From the NCBI GenBank assembly GCA_964654155.1, contig CAZZGL010000002.1:35902-99901 (forward strand): DNA of 64,000 bases. The letters run 5' to 3'. This DNA is from an uncultured Staphylococcaceae bacterium (GTDB taxonomy: Bacteria > Bacillota_I > Bacilli_A > RFN20 > CAG-826). Positions 27,692-38,286 of this stretch are shown piece by piece. The translations under genes were made by a program, and so were the position numbers. How positions within the stretch are numbered: position 1 is the first letter of the stretch; each line of letters opens with the position of its first letter. The notes under the pieces are model-generated. The model was not told the origin of the DNA. It was given only the letters and a program-made list of their open reading frames with translations, and did no database searches.

Positions 27692-30127
27692 ATGAACAAT
27701 TTTGATAAATGCAATCCCTTCACAAACAAAAATAACATTTTATATTTCCGTAACTGGCGGATTTCTATTTTAAAAGAAGGAATAATAAGATTAGAACAAA
27801 ACAACAACGAATTTAATGATTATCCTACTCAAATAGTTATAAATAGATATTTTGATGATATTGATTATAAAATTGAACATGAAAAGAACTATATTAAAAT
27901 TTTTATTAAAGACTATATTCTATTCTTTAATGGAAATATTGAAGAATCATACATTTTATATAAAAAACAAAAATTATTACTTAATAACGATTATAATCTA
28001 GGTGGAACTTATTCTACCGTCGATGGAATGGACGGAGAAAAATATATTTTTAACGATGATAAAAAATCAATAAGAGATATTGGTATAGGTGTCTGCTCTA
28101 AAAATGGAGTTGCGGTAATTGATGATTCTAATTCCTATTGTTTTGATCAAGATTGGAAATTTTCTTTTATCAACAAGGATATAATAAATGTTTATATATT
28201 CTTTTATCCAAATGATTATCGAACCGCAATAAAAGATTATTTTGAAATATCTGGTTATCCTCCAAAACTTCCTAAATATGTTTTTGGTAATTGGTGGAGT
28301 CGTTATTATTGTTATTCTGCACAAGATTATCTACGACTTATGGATAATTTTATTGATGAAAATATTCCCTTTACTGTAGCAACAATCGATATGGATTGGC
28401 ATTATTCAACTTCAATTAAAAGAGATATTTTTGATGACTTAAAAATTGATAAAAGTGAATTTATATCAAATGGGCAATATATTTGCTCTGGTTGGAATGA
28501 TAATTCACCTTTATCACATGGCTGGACTGGATTTACATGGAATAAAGAATTATTTCCTGATTATAAATCTTTTTTAAATGAACTTAAAAAAAGAAATCTT
28601 GCAATTACCTTAAATATCCATCCTAATGATGGGGTCGCATTTTATGAAGAAGAACTATATAATTCTCTTGCAGACGCTTTAAATATTGACACATCAAATA
28701 AAAATAATATTCCATTTGATTTTACTAATGATCATAACAGAAAAGCCTATTTTGATAATATATTCAATAAATATGAAAAAGATGGAGTTGATTTTTGGTG
28801 GATTGATTGGCAACAAGGAGAAATATCTAATCTTAAAGGTTTAAAACCGATATGGTTATGTAATCACTATTTCTATTTAGAAAACATGAAAACAAATAAT
28901 AGACCGTTAATATTATCGAGATATTGTGGAATAGGTGGACAAAGATATCCATTAGGTTTTTCTGGCGATAGCGTTCAAAGCTATGATTCTTTAAAATATT
29001 TAGTTAAAACCACCCCTATGGCAAGTAATGTTGGCTTCACTTACTGGAGTCACGATGTCGGTGGGCATATGATGGGATATAAAGATGGGGAACAACTTTT
29101 AAAATTTGTTCAATTTGCTACCTTCTCACCTATTTTACGAATGCATTGTTCTTGTGAAGATGTATATGATAAAAATCCTTCTTTATTTTTATCAGGATAT
29201 GGTGAATTAATAAAAAAATACTTACGATTAAGACATCGTTTAATACCATTTATTTACAGTTATACGCTCATATCTAATAATCAAGGATTAGCTTTATTAG
29301 AACCTCTTTATTATCAAAATAGCAATGATGAAAATGCTTATAAATATAGTGAAAGCGAGTATTATTTTGCTTCATCTCTTTTAGTCGCGCCTTATATTAA
29401 TAAAGCTGATGAAGATAAATATTCAAAAAAGGAAGTATATTTTCCAAATTGTACCTTTTATGATTATAAATATGGCTATAAATATAAACCTAATAATATC
29501 TTAGTAATTAATCGTGAAATTGATGATATTCCTGTTTTTATCAAAGAAGGAGCGTTTTTATTGTTAGATCATAATAAAATCGGTAATGATCTTTCAAACC
29601 ATCACATTATTGATGTTATCACTACATATGGTAATGGAAATTATGAATTTTATGAAGAAGATAATAATGATAAGCAAATTATTACTTCATTTGAAAATAT
29701 TATTAAAGGTGACAAAGGATACATAAAAATAAAGATTACTGGAGATAAAAACTTATATCAGAAAGACCGAATTTTTAAATTTATCTTATTAAATGTTTTT
29801 AATATCGAATACATTAACATTGATAATGCAGAAATATCCAACATTTATAAAGGTGATTGTTTAGAATTTGATATCACTAACATTCCATTTAATCAAGAAA
29901 TAATAATTAATTATAAAACACAAAAACTTAATGATGTTTCTTTAGCAAAAAAATATGTTATTAAAAGATTAAAATATTTAGATGATAGCAATTTAATAAG
30001 AAATGATATTTTCTATCAAATAAATAATTGCGATAACATTAACCAATTAATAAAAATAATTAATGAGAGTAATTTAAAACAAATAAATAAAACCTGCTTA
30101 TTGGAAGTAATTAATTTTGCGATTTAA
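27692..30127 (+). CDS. Glycoside hydrolase family 31-like (alpha-xylosidase/alpha-glucosidase type), cytoplasmic
   Basis: GVDFWWIDWQQGE matches the GH31 nucleophile region (YicI GVDCFKTDFGE). FSGDSV and HDVGGHMMG align with the GH31 WGGD and HDIGGF motifs. Confidence 0.6.
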   Translation: MNNFDKCNPFTNKNNILYFRNWRISILKEGIIRLEQNNNEFNDYPTQIVINRYFDDIDYKIEHEKNYIKIFIKDYILFFNGNIEESYILYKKQKLLLNNDYNLGGTYSTVDGMDGEKYIFNDDKKSIRDIGIGVCSKNGVAVIDDSNSYCFDQDWKFSFINKDIINVYIFFYPNDYRTAIKDYFEISGYPPKLPKYVFGNWWSRYYCYSAQDYLRLMDNFIDENIPFTVATIDMDWHYSTSIKRDIFDDLKIDKSEFISNGQYICSGWNDNSPLSHGWTGFTWNKELFPDYKSFLNELKKRNLAITLNIHPNDGVAFYEEELYNSLADALNIDTSNKNNIPFDFTNDHNRKAYFDNIFNKYEKDGVDFWWIDWQQGEISNLKGLKPIWLCNHYFYLENMKTNNRPLILSRYCGIGGQRYPLGFSGDSVQSYDSLKYLVKTTPMASNVGFTYWSHDVGGHMMGYKDGEQLLKFVQFATFSPILRMHCSCEDVYDKNPSLFLSGYGELIKKYLRLRHRLIPFIYSYTLISNNQGLALLEPLYYQNSNDENAYKYSESEYYFASSLLVAPYINKADEDKYSKKEVYFPNCTFYDYKYGYKYKPNNILVINREIDDIPVFIKEGAFLLLDHNKIGNDLSNHHIIDVITTYGNGNYEFYEEDNNDKQIITSFENIIKGDKGYIKIKITGDKNLYQKDRIFKFILLNVFNIEYINIDNAEISNIYKGDCLEFDITNIPFNQEIIINYKTQKLNDVSLAKKYVIKRLKYLDDSNLIRNDIFYQINNCDNINQLIKIINESNLKQINKTCLLEVINFAI

Positions 30128-30187
30128 TGAACCAAACTATGAAAAAAGGGAGTAACACCTAATTTGGCGCTATTCCCATTTTTTACT

Positions 30188-30211
30188 GGCTCTTTAAAAT
30201 CTGGGGTGGTT
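30188..30211. repeat. IS left terminal inverted repeat
   Basis: GGCTCTTTAAAATCTGGGGTGGTT. Confidence 0.8.
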
Positions 30212-30318
30212 GGCGAAATTAAGCAAACCACTCTAAATTTTATAGATTTCGAACTTCAAAAAGAAAAGACCTCTTATAATTTATGTGTCAAATCCAATTA
30301 TTAAGGAGGTCTTTTCAT

Positions 30319-31593
30319 ATGGATTTTAACACATTACTTATAAGATTTGGTTTCGATAGTTCCAATTTTACAAATAAAATTATTAATACTATTGAGCATA
30401 ATGATGGAATTATATATGAAGTTGAAGAAATGTGCTCAAAAAATATATGTCCAAATTGTAATCATAGATATTTGGTCGTTCATAGCCATAAATGGATAAA
30501 TATTAAATTATCATCGATGCTTAAACTAAAAGAATGTTTAAGAATAAGACGAGTTAGATACAAATGTCCTAAATGTAACAAAACTTTTACTTTCAGCTTA
30601 AAGGGAATAGAAAAGAATAATTCAATTAGTAATTTTGTTATTACAGCAATAAAAAATGAATTTTATACTATTCAATCTTTTTCTACTATTGCAAAAAGAT
30701 ATGAATTGTCTACTCAAACTGTATTAAATATTTTTGATGATTATACAAAGATAATGCCACGAAGACCACTTCCACAATATTTATGCATAGATGAAAAACA
30801 TTTTGAAGGTGATACTGATGGTAAATATTGTGTTATTATATCTGATTTCTTTTCTAGTGAAGTTATAGATGTTTTAGAAAATAGACAAATGCCTTATTTA
30901 GATGCTTATTTTTCTAAAATATCTCAAAAAGAATGTGAAAATGTTAAAGTTTTTATATCTGATATGTATGATGCATATTCAACAATAAAAAACAAATACT
31001 TTCCGCACGCTTTATTTGTTGCTGATTTATTTCATGTCGTTAAATTATTAACAACCTCTCTTAATAAAATTAGAATCAGAACTTATAATCAGTATGCTAT
31101 AGAAGGCTCGATTGAAAAACACTTCATGAAAACAAACTGGAAATCGTTTTTAATAGATCTTTTTAAAATTCAAAAAAATGAATATTATAGTAGAAAATTT
31201 GATACATACATAAGTTATAGTGAAATTATTCTTAGATGCTTAAAGTTAAATATAACATTTTGGGATGGATATACCATACTTCAAGAATTACTCCATTATG
31301 ATAAATATGAAACATATTCCGAAGCGGAAAGATTTTTAACTAGAATCATTAATAAATTAGATGCATCAGACGATGAATTATTAAATAAAGTTGCAGCTTC
31401 TTATAAAAAATGGAAAGTCGGTATTGTTAATGGATTAGCTAAAAATCAAACTGGAAAAAGATTTAGCAATGCAATCGCAGAAGGTAACAATTCACACATT
31501 CAAAAGATCATTAATGTTTCTTATGGATATAGAAATTTTAAAAGATTTCGAGCAAGAATTATGTTGATTTTAACATACAAAATAAAAGGATGA
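30319..31593 (+). CDS. ISL3-family transposase
   Basis: N-terminal zinc finger CPNCN...CPKCN (zf-ISL3) followed by the DDE domain (CIDEKHF...ISDMYDAY...ADLFHVVK). An AAGGAGG RBS supports the MDFNTLL start. Confidence 0.85.
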   Translation: MDFNTLLIRFGFDSSNFTNKIINTIEHNDGIIYEVEEMCSKNICPNCNHRYLVVHSHKWINIKLSSMLKLKECLRIRRVRYKCPKCNKTFTFSLKGIEKNNSISNFVITAIKNEFYTIQSFSTIAKRYELSTQTVLNIFDDYTKIMPRRPLPQYLCIDEKHFEGDTDGKYCVIISDFFSSEVIDVLENRQMPYLDAYFSKISQKECENVKVFISDMYDAYSTIKNKYFPHALFVADLFHVVKLLTTSLNKIRIRTYNQYAIEGSIEKHFMKTNWKSFLIDLFKIQKNEYYSRKFDTYISYSEIILRCLKLNITFWDGYTILQELLHYDKYETYSEAERFLTRIINKLDASDDELLNKVAASYKKWKVGIVNGLAKNQTGKRFSNAIAEGNNSHIQKIINVSYGYRNFKRFRARIMLILTYKIKG

Positions 31594-31660
31594 TGTACTA
31601 CAATAATACACCACCCTAGATTTTATAGTTTTTGGGGTTTTAAACTTTGCAACCACCCTA

Positions 31661-31684
31661 AACCACCCCAGATTTTAAAGAGCC
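31661..31684. repeat. IS right terminal inverted repeat
   Basis: AACCACCCCAGATTTTAAAGAGCC, the reverse complement of the IRL. Confidence 0.8.
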
Positions 31685-31699
31685 CTTATAAAATTATAA

Positions 31700-34600
31700 C
31701 TACGCTCTTGTGATTGTGACAACGATATTACCTGTAACTTCTAATGGAGTTTCTTCTATAAAGAATACTTCATCACCAGAACCTTCAAAAATAGTTTCGC
31801 CACTCATTGTAACTGTCACTTTTAAATTAGCATAATAAGAAGAAAGATAACTTTCCATGCCTATTGTCGATCCTTCAGAAAGAATTGTAGATGTTGATCC
31901 ACCTAAGCTACAATAATACTCACCATTAATGTATAGATAGACTGAGACATAATAAGAAGGTAAATCATTGCTGCACTCAACTTTAAATGTATATCCAACT
32001 TTCTTTACTACTTTAATCGTTATATCCCCATTAATAATATAATTTCCATAATAATCTTGTTGAACTTCATTTTCAGCATCATTTGTATATGATACTTCAA
32101 ATGCATAATAATAGCCATTTCCAGCATCATCACTTGTGGAAATACTTAAATAATCTCCTTTATATAAAGCATTCACTAATGATTCGACTTCAGCTTCATT
32201 AATTTTATATGAAATATCAATACCATATTCATTTTCAATAGTAACTGTTAATGGTATAAGTTTTTCTATATTAATTGTTATTTCAACATTAGATCCTATT
32301 CCAGAATAACTATCAAATGAATATTGAATTGATTCTCCAGAATTATATCCATATGTAGAATCTAAAGTTTCTGTTTTGTCACCATCTTTAATAATAATTG
32401 TTGCTACATATCCAACCTTGGTTGTAACAGAGAAGCTAATTGTTTCTCCCTTAATAAAGGTTTCTGTTCCCGCAGAAGTAATTGAAACACATGATTTATA
32501 ACCATTTACATAAAATGATTTTATTCCTTCTTGTGCATCAGAACTTAATTCATTAACCTTAACGCTTGATGTTTCGGCATTTTTAAATGTTGCAGTTAAC
32601 GTTACATCATAAGCCGGCATGACAAATGTAGCATTTCTAAGGGACTCAGATATTACAACATTAATATCATCATGTCCGACAACAGAGATTGTATCAATTT
32701 CATAGAATCCGCTTGTTGGAGATATACCAACAGTAACAGTTTGACCCTCACCAAAGGAAGTTCCTGAATTTAATGTAATTCTACCTTTTGTGGTGTCCAT
32801 AGAAGAATCAATTTCAACTTTATATGTTACTCCATAATTAAATGAAATATTTACATCACTACCATCGCTTGGCATTGTAATAGAAACTCGATTTTCATAA
32901 CTAGACCATGATGTAGTAATATTGGCGGTTGAATCTTCACCGTTAATCTTGATTCCTTTAACATAGAATCCTTCTTTGACATTAAATAATAAATAGAAGC
33001 TCTTACCCGGTGCTGCGCCTGTTATTGCTGTTGAAGAATTATTATCAGTCAAACTAACTTTTGAACTATCAATAGCCTCACAATCTTCAACAGTTATTTT
33101 CCCACATGTACCAACTTCAAAAATAATGATAATATCATTACTTGGCATTGTAAAGCTAATATAATCAGCTGAAGGGATCAATTCACTTGTTCCTTCAATG
33201 CCATAAACTTTAATTGATTTAATATAATCTCCACTATCTTTAGCGGTAACTTTCATTGAAATACTTGTTCCTGGTATTGCAGATTCAATAATTGTGTTTC
33301 CACTACTAGTATAAGAAGAAATATTAACTAAATCTAAATTACCATAGTTGATACGCTTTTCTCCAACCATTTCACCTTCAATTTTATATGTACGATTCTT
33401 TTCAAAACTAGAAACGCTTAATGATGCAACATCATTATTGAAAGAAAAACTATCTTCTTTCCAGTTGCTTTCGATATCTTCTAATCCTTCTTCCAAATAT
33501 TTAATAGAAGAAACAACATAACCATGTTTAACAAATACTTTTGGAGAAACATAGGTATACTTCTTATCTGCTTCATAGCCATAAACACTAACATATTCAT
33601 CATTTTCAAAACTAATCGTATGTCCATCTTCACTTTCAGTATTAGATGAATATACAATGGCAATATCTAAATCAGAATCTGGAACTTCAAATTCAACAGT
33701 TGTTTCTGTATTATCAGATTCATTAAGTACAGGACGATAAACTTTGTCATTTATATGAACATATAAACCATTGTTATTGTATGATAATGACCATTGGGAA
33801 GAAATAACTAATTTTTCTGTAGCTCCTTTATATAGCTCATCACCTTCGTTTAATGAGAAAGTTAATGATTTGGTATTACTATCTGTTTTAATAGAAGAAA
33901 CCTTTACAGAAGCAGTGAATTTTGGAGTTAAAGTAACATTATTTTCTGGCATAATGAAACTATATGAATTATTTTCTTCAACTTCTTTAATTTCAAGATC
34001 TTCATCATCTGCGGTAATACCATCAAATCTATAACCCTTTTCAGTTACAACATCAATGGTAACTAAATCACCTAAGATTGTCTTAGTGGTTGAAACAAAT
34101 AAATATCCACCTTCTACTTTTTCAGTTTTAACTTCAAAAGTTTTAGAAGTAAATGAAGCATCAATAACTACATTTGATGCAGGCATTGTGAATGAATATG
34201 TATTTTCTTCACCTTCAGTTAATGATAAATTATCAATATTTGTGGTAATTCCATCAAATCTATAACCAGAATTTGCAGCATATGTAACGGTAATTTTATC
34301 ACCAACATGTGCGGTTGCTGGAGAAACTGTAACTGATCCTCCTTGAATAGAAGAGGCAACAATTACATCATAACTAATCTTTTCAAATGTAGCATCAATA
34401 ACTACATCTCTTCCTGGCATATTAAATTTATATTTACTACCAACAGTAATAGGTGAAATAACAACACCTTCAACCTCACTGCCGATGGTTTTTAATTCAT
34501 ATCCCTTATTTGCGGTAACATCAACAATAATTGATGTTCCCATAACTGCTTTATCAACTGAGAAATTAATACTTCCGTTTGCAATACTTGAAGCAGAAAT

Positions 34601-35212
34601 ACCATAACTATTAAGAGTAAATTCTGCATTGACAGTTATATTACAAGCAGGCATAACGAATGTATATGCAAGTTTATCAGAATCTTTAACTTCACTAAAT
34701 GTAACACTAGAAACATCAGATTCTAGTTTAACAAATCCATATCCTTCATTTGCAGATGGATAAACTGTAATTGTAGCTCCTGCACTTGCTTCTTCTAAAG
34801 AGAAGGAAAGTGATCCACCAACAATTGCTTTATTAGCGGAAATGGAATACTTATTAGGAGTAAATTCCGCATTAACAGTAATATCACTAGCAGGCATAAC
34901 GAATGTATACTCGATTTTTTCAGTTGTGTCTACTTGTGAAAATGTAACACTATCGACATTTGAAGAGAAAGATACAAAACTGTAGCCTTCATTCGCGGTA
35001 GCGTAAACAGAAATTGTGGTGCCTGCAACTGCTTCTGCTGAAGAGAAAGAAATTGAACCACCAACAATGTCGGATGCAGCAGAGACATGATATGACGTTG
35101 GAACAGCTGTCGTAGTAGGAGCTGTTGTTGATCCACTTGTCGTAGGATTCTCATTTTGTACGCATCCTACCAATACTAATGTAAAAAGTAATGGCAAAAA
35201 TTGTTTTTTCAT
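31700..35212 (-). CDS. Giant surface lipoprotein with about 8 divergent InlB B-repeat (Listeria-Bacteroides repeat) modules
   Basis: Lipobox LVGC. About 81-aa modules each end in F(V/T)MP(A/S)xDVxxxAxF. The start is trimmed to the ATG after a GGAGA RBS. Confidence 0.7.
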   Translation of the reverse strand: MKKQFLPLLFTLVLVGCVQNENPTTSGSTTAPTTTAVPTSYHVSAASDIVGGSISFSSAEAVAGTTISVYATANEGYSFVSFSSNVDSVTFSQVDTTEKIEYTFVMPASDITVNAEFTPNKYSISANKAIVGGSLSFSLEEASAGATITVYPSANEGYGFVKLESDVSSVTFSEVKDSDKLAYTFVMPACNITVNAEFTLNSYGISASSIANGSINFSVDKAVMGTSIIVDVTANKGYELKTIGSEVEGVVISPITVGSKYKFNMPGRDVVIDATFEKISYDVIVASSIQGGSVTVSPATAHVGDKITVTYAANSGYRFDGITTNIDNLSLTEGEENTYSFTMPASNVVIDASFTSKTFEVKTEKVEGGYLFVSTTKTILGDLVTIDVVTEKGYRFDGITADDEDLEIKEVEENNSYSFIMPENNVTLTPKFTASVKVSSIKTDSNTKSLTFSLNEGDELYKGATEKLVISSQWSLSYNNNGLYVHINDKVYRPVLNESDNTETTVEFEVPDSDLDIAIVYSSNTESEDGHTISFENDEYVSVYGYEADKKYTYVSPKVFVKHGYVVSSIKYLEEGLEDIESNWKEDSFSFNNDVASLSVSSFEKNRTYKIEGEMVGEKRINYGNLDLVNISSYTSSGNTIIESAIPGTSISMKVTAKDSGDYIKSIKVYGIEGTSELIPSADYISFTMPSNDIIIIFEVGTCGKITVEDCEAIDSSKVSLTDNNSSTAITGAAPGKSFYLLFNVKEGFYVKGIKINGEDSTANITTSWSSYENRVSITMPSDGSDVNISFNYGVTYKVEIDSSMDTTKGRITLNSGTSFGEGQTVTVGISPTSGFYEIDTISVVGHDDINVVISESLRNATFVMPAYDVTLTATFKNAETSSVKVNELSSDAQEGIKSFYVNGYKSCVSITSAGTETFIKGETISFSVTTKVGYVATIIIKDGDKTETLDSTYGYNSGESIQYSFDSYSGIGSNVEITINIEKLIPLTVTIENEYGIDISYKINEAEVESLVNALYKGDYLSISTSDDAGNGYYYAFEVSYTNDAENEVQQDYYGNYIINGDITIKVVKKVGYTFKVECSNDLPSYYVSVYLYINGEYYCSLGGSTSTILSEGSTIGMESYLSSYYANLKVTVTMSGETIFEGSGDEVFFIEETPLEVTGNIVVTITRA

Positions 35213-35348
35213 AGACAATTGTCTCCTTTCCTAAACACATTTATGTGTTTTTTTATTTTTTAATAATAAATAAAACATTTTTCTTTGTAAAGTGATTTTA
35301 TTAAAAAAATTATCAAAATTTATATTTTTTTCAATTTAAGAAGCAAAA

Positions 35349-35392
35349 AACGGCAATTATTGACACTAATTGTATCAAACTGCCGTTTAACA
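35349..35392 (-). terminator. Rho-independent terminator of the 5-gene lipoprotein operon
   Basis: On the minus strand, AAACGGCAG-(24 nt)-TGCCGTTT followed by TTTTTGC. Confidence 0.5.
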
Positions 35393-35397
35393 TGTAA

Positions 35398-38274
35398 TTA
35401 TAGATTAAAACTTAAAACAGATCTAATTTCGTTAATTACATAAACAACTTTTATACATGATGGTGAAGTTGTTTGGATATAATCCATTGATCTAATTTCT
35501 GTAATTGCTGAATTTGACGATACCATATTACTAATATTGATTGTGGTACTATTTTCAGTAATCACTACTGAATAATCAATAGTAACTTTTGCAAAAACTG
35601 AAGAATTTGAATTTTGAGTGAAAATAATTTCTGCTTTATTATTTAAGAAAGAAATGGTTATAGTACACATTCCAGCTCCATTAACAAATGAACTAGTTGT
35701 AAGTGTTTTGCCATCTAAGAAATCGCTTAAATTACCAATTTCTTTTTTCTCTGTAAATTTATACTTACTAAAGAAATCAACCATATTTCCTTGCGAGTCT
35801 TCATAAGATTCATCGGCAGTCATTTGTAAATAGAAATTAATAGTCGACAAATCTTTACTATATGGACATTTATTTCCTAAGATTTTGCTGAAATAGAAAG
35901 CAGAACTCTTAAAATTTTGAGTTTCTGGAATTAATATTCTACCATCCTCTATTTGATAATTAATAGTCTCCTCTATTTTTTCTTCATATAAAGTTTGTGT
36001 AAATGTTAATAATGTTTCACTTGTAAATTCAATTTCAAAACTTAATGTTAATCCTGATGAATATGTATAAACCTTTTTAGGAGTTACTAATTTTTCAATT
36101 AAATACTCTTTTGTATAAGGTTCTTCAACAGTGATTGTATAATATTGTTCAGTTTTTATAGATTCATCTTCTTTAACATAGAATTTAAATTTATAACTTC
36201 CAACAATTTTACCCTCAATTGAATAACTATACCCTGGATTATCATCAAGATTATTTTTAACATGATGATACAAAGCAAGGCCATTATCATTGCCTTCTAT
36301 AATTTCTATACCAAATGTGTATATGTCTTCATCTGGATTCGTATTTAAGAAGAAGTAATCACTATAATCTCCTTTAAATATTTCACCAAAATCATTACTA
36401 TCATCAATATGTGTAGCAATTAGTCCTTTTAAATTAGTTTTTTTGAATTCAACCATAATGCTATAACTATATCCTGATGTGGAAGTAAAAGTAAATGTTG
36501 ATTGACCTGGTAAAGCATTATTATCATCATCTTTTTTAGCATTGATTGTAACAATTCCCGCAGATGTAATTGAAATATTTGGAATTGAATCCGGATCAGA
36601 ACTTGATGAAGTTATTTGATCTATTAATGTTGTTGCGGTCGATGGAGAGCCTTCTCCAATTTTAAATACTAAAGCCTTATCATATGTTGCGGTATATTTC
36701 TTAATTCCATTAACTATTTCTACTGAATCCGCTCCATATTTAGATGTATTTGTATAATCATAGGAAACGCCTACATCATTTTTCTTTCCAGAAAGATCTA
36801 CAAGATTAAATGATTTATAATAATATTGATTTAAATCCACTAATGAATCATAAGCGGAATCAGAAACTTTCTTACCAAACACAAAATTACTTGCTTTTTC
36901 ACTATATGTAATTGTTTCAGATATTTCATTTTCTTTATCATCTACATAAGTGATAGTTAAAGTTTCTTCAAATGTATATCCTTTAATTACATTGGTCTTA
37001 TCTAAATCAATTGTTAATTTAACATCATAAGGAATATCTGTATTATCATCAATATATTTAGATGAAATAATATATTGGTCTTCATTTAATTCATATTTTG
37101 CATATGCATAACATGTTGTATTTCCAAAAGTAATAACATTTTCTGATATTGTCGATACTGAACTTAAATAATTATTTAAAATTCCATTGTGACCATAAAC
37201 AGGAACATTACTCATTACATCAAAATATAAAGAGGCTTCATTTACTAATTCACTATTTGCTAAAGCAGCTTCATTTTTATATATTTCTGTTATTTGTTGA
37301 TTTTCATCATACAAGAACGCATAATATTTATTCTTATTAACGCCATGATACAAATTTGTTTTTACTTTATCAGAATCGGTTTTATATACATAAGAGGAAT
37401 TTGAATAAGACTTATGCGATATTTCTTCTTTATATGTTGAAGGAGTTCCTTTATTAATAACTGATTTTCTTTCTTTTACAACTGTAGAAGATAAAAGCGA
37501 AGATGTTTCAACTTCCTTAAATTCAGCAATTTTAGAAATAACTTTAGCGTTATTTTCTGTATTAGGATCATAGACATTAAATACTCTTGATCCTTTTTTT
37601 GCTGCCTCAAAATAATCATCATACCGGGCACTAGCGACAATTTCCACGCCTTCCATAATGTCATAGAAAACGACTTTTGCACGGTTGTCTTCTTGAATTT
37701 CTAAACTATATGAATTTGTCTCTGCAGCAGCATTTCCGTCCACCAAGACTTCATAACTTATTGAAGAAGGAGTTCTTCCATAAGATGGCGTTAATTCATA
37801 ATTCACATAGAATACTTGTCCTAATGGGACTTTATAAAACTTAGTTTCAGAATCTTCAATTACATTATCATTACCTTCAACAAACACAGATATTGCAGTA
37901 ATTTTTGGAACAGTAACTGATACATTATGGGTTGCAGATAAAGTTGGATATTTAACCGATGTCGCGGTAATAGTAACTTCACCTTCTTTAATTCCAGTTA
38001 CAATTCCTTTTTCATTAACAGAAGCAATCGTAGAATCACTGCTTGTCCATGTCACATCATCATAACTACTTGTTACAACATCTGCGACTAAAGGTATAGT
38101 TTTTGTTATTTCAACAAAACTTGGACCAACAATAACAACTTTTGTTGGATTCTCTTCAACAAGTTGTGTGGTTGTTGGATTTGTAGAAGTTGTTGGATTC
38201 TCTTCTTTACCATTACACGAAACAACACAACCTAGAAAAGATAAAACTGTTAACAATTTAACAACCTTTTTCAT
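35398..38274 (-). CDS. Surface lipoprotein with a bacterial Ig-like (Big_2) domain
   Basis: Lipobox FLGC. Big_2-like segment VTWTSSDSTIASVNEKGIVTGIKEGEVTITATS. Confidence 0.6.
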   Translation of the reverse strand: MKKVVKLLTVLSFLGCVVSCNGKEENPTTSTNPTTTQLVEENPTKVVIVGPSFVEITKTIPLVADVVTSSYDDVTWTSSDSTIASVNEKGIVTGIKEGEVTITATSVKYPTLSATHNVSVTVPKITAISVFVEGNDNVIEDSETKFYKVPLGQVFYVNYELTPSYGRTPSSISYEVLVDGNAAAETNSYSLEIQEDNRAKVVFYDIMEGVEIVASARYDDYFEAAKKGSRVFNVYDPNTENNAKVISKIAEFKEVETSSLLSSTVVKERKSVINKGTPSTYKEEISHKSYSNSSYVYKTDSDKVKTNLYHGVNKNKYYAFLYDENQQITEIYKNEAALANSELVNEASLYFDVMSNVPVYGHNGILNNYLSSVSTISENVITFGNTTCYAYAKYELNEDQYIISSKYIDDNTDIPYDVKLTIDLDKTNVIKGYTFEETLTITYVDDKENEISETITYSEKASNFVFGKKVSDSAYDSLVDLNQYYYKSFNLVDLSGKKNDVGVSYDYTNTSKYGADSVEIVNGIKKYTATYDKALVFKIGEGSPSTATTLIDQITSSSSDPDSIPNISITSAGIVTINAKKDDDNNALPGQSTFTFTSTSGYSYSIMVEFKKTNLKGLIATHIDDSNDFGEIFKGDYSDYFFLNTNPDEDIYTFGIEIIEGNDNGLALYHHVKNNLDDNPGYSYSIEGKIVGSYKFKFYVKEDESIKTEQYYTITVEEPYTKEYLIEKLVTPKKVYTYSSGLTLSFEIEFTSETLLTFTQTLYEEKIEETINYQIEDGRILIPETQNFKSSAFYFSKILGNKCPYSKDLSTINFYLQMTADESYEDSQGNMVDFFSKYKFTEKKEIGNLSDFLDGKTLTTSSFVNGAGMCTITISFLNNKAEIIFTQNSNSSVFAKVTIDYSVVITENSTTINISNMVSSNSAITEIRSMDYIQTTSPSCIKVVYVINEIRSVLSFNL

Positions 38275-38286
38275 ATAATTTCCTCC

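Larger units (their letters stand above)
30188..31684 (+). mobile_element. Complete ISL3-family insertion sequence (~1.5 kb)
   Basis: 24-bp perfect terminal inverted repeats GGCTCTTTAAAATCTGGGGTGGTT at 30188-30211 and, as reverse complement, at 31661-31684. They enclose one ISL3 transposase gene. Subterminal ACCACCC(T/C)AGATTTTA repeats are present. No clean 8-bp target-site duplication was found. Confidence 0.8.

Noticed and set aside
30180-31692. 8-bp target-site duplication flanking the ISL3 element
   Set aside because: The flanks TTTTTACT (left) and CTTATAAA (right) do not match, so a clean TSD cannot be claimed.
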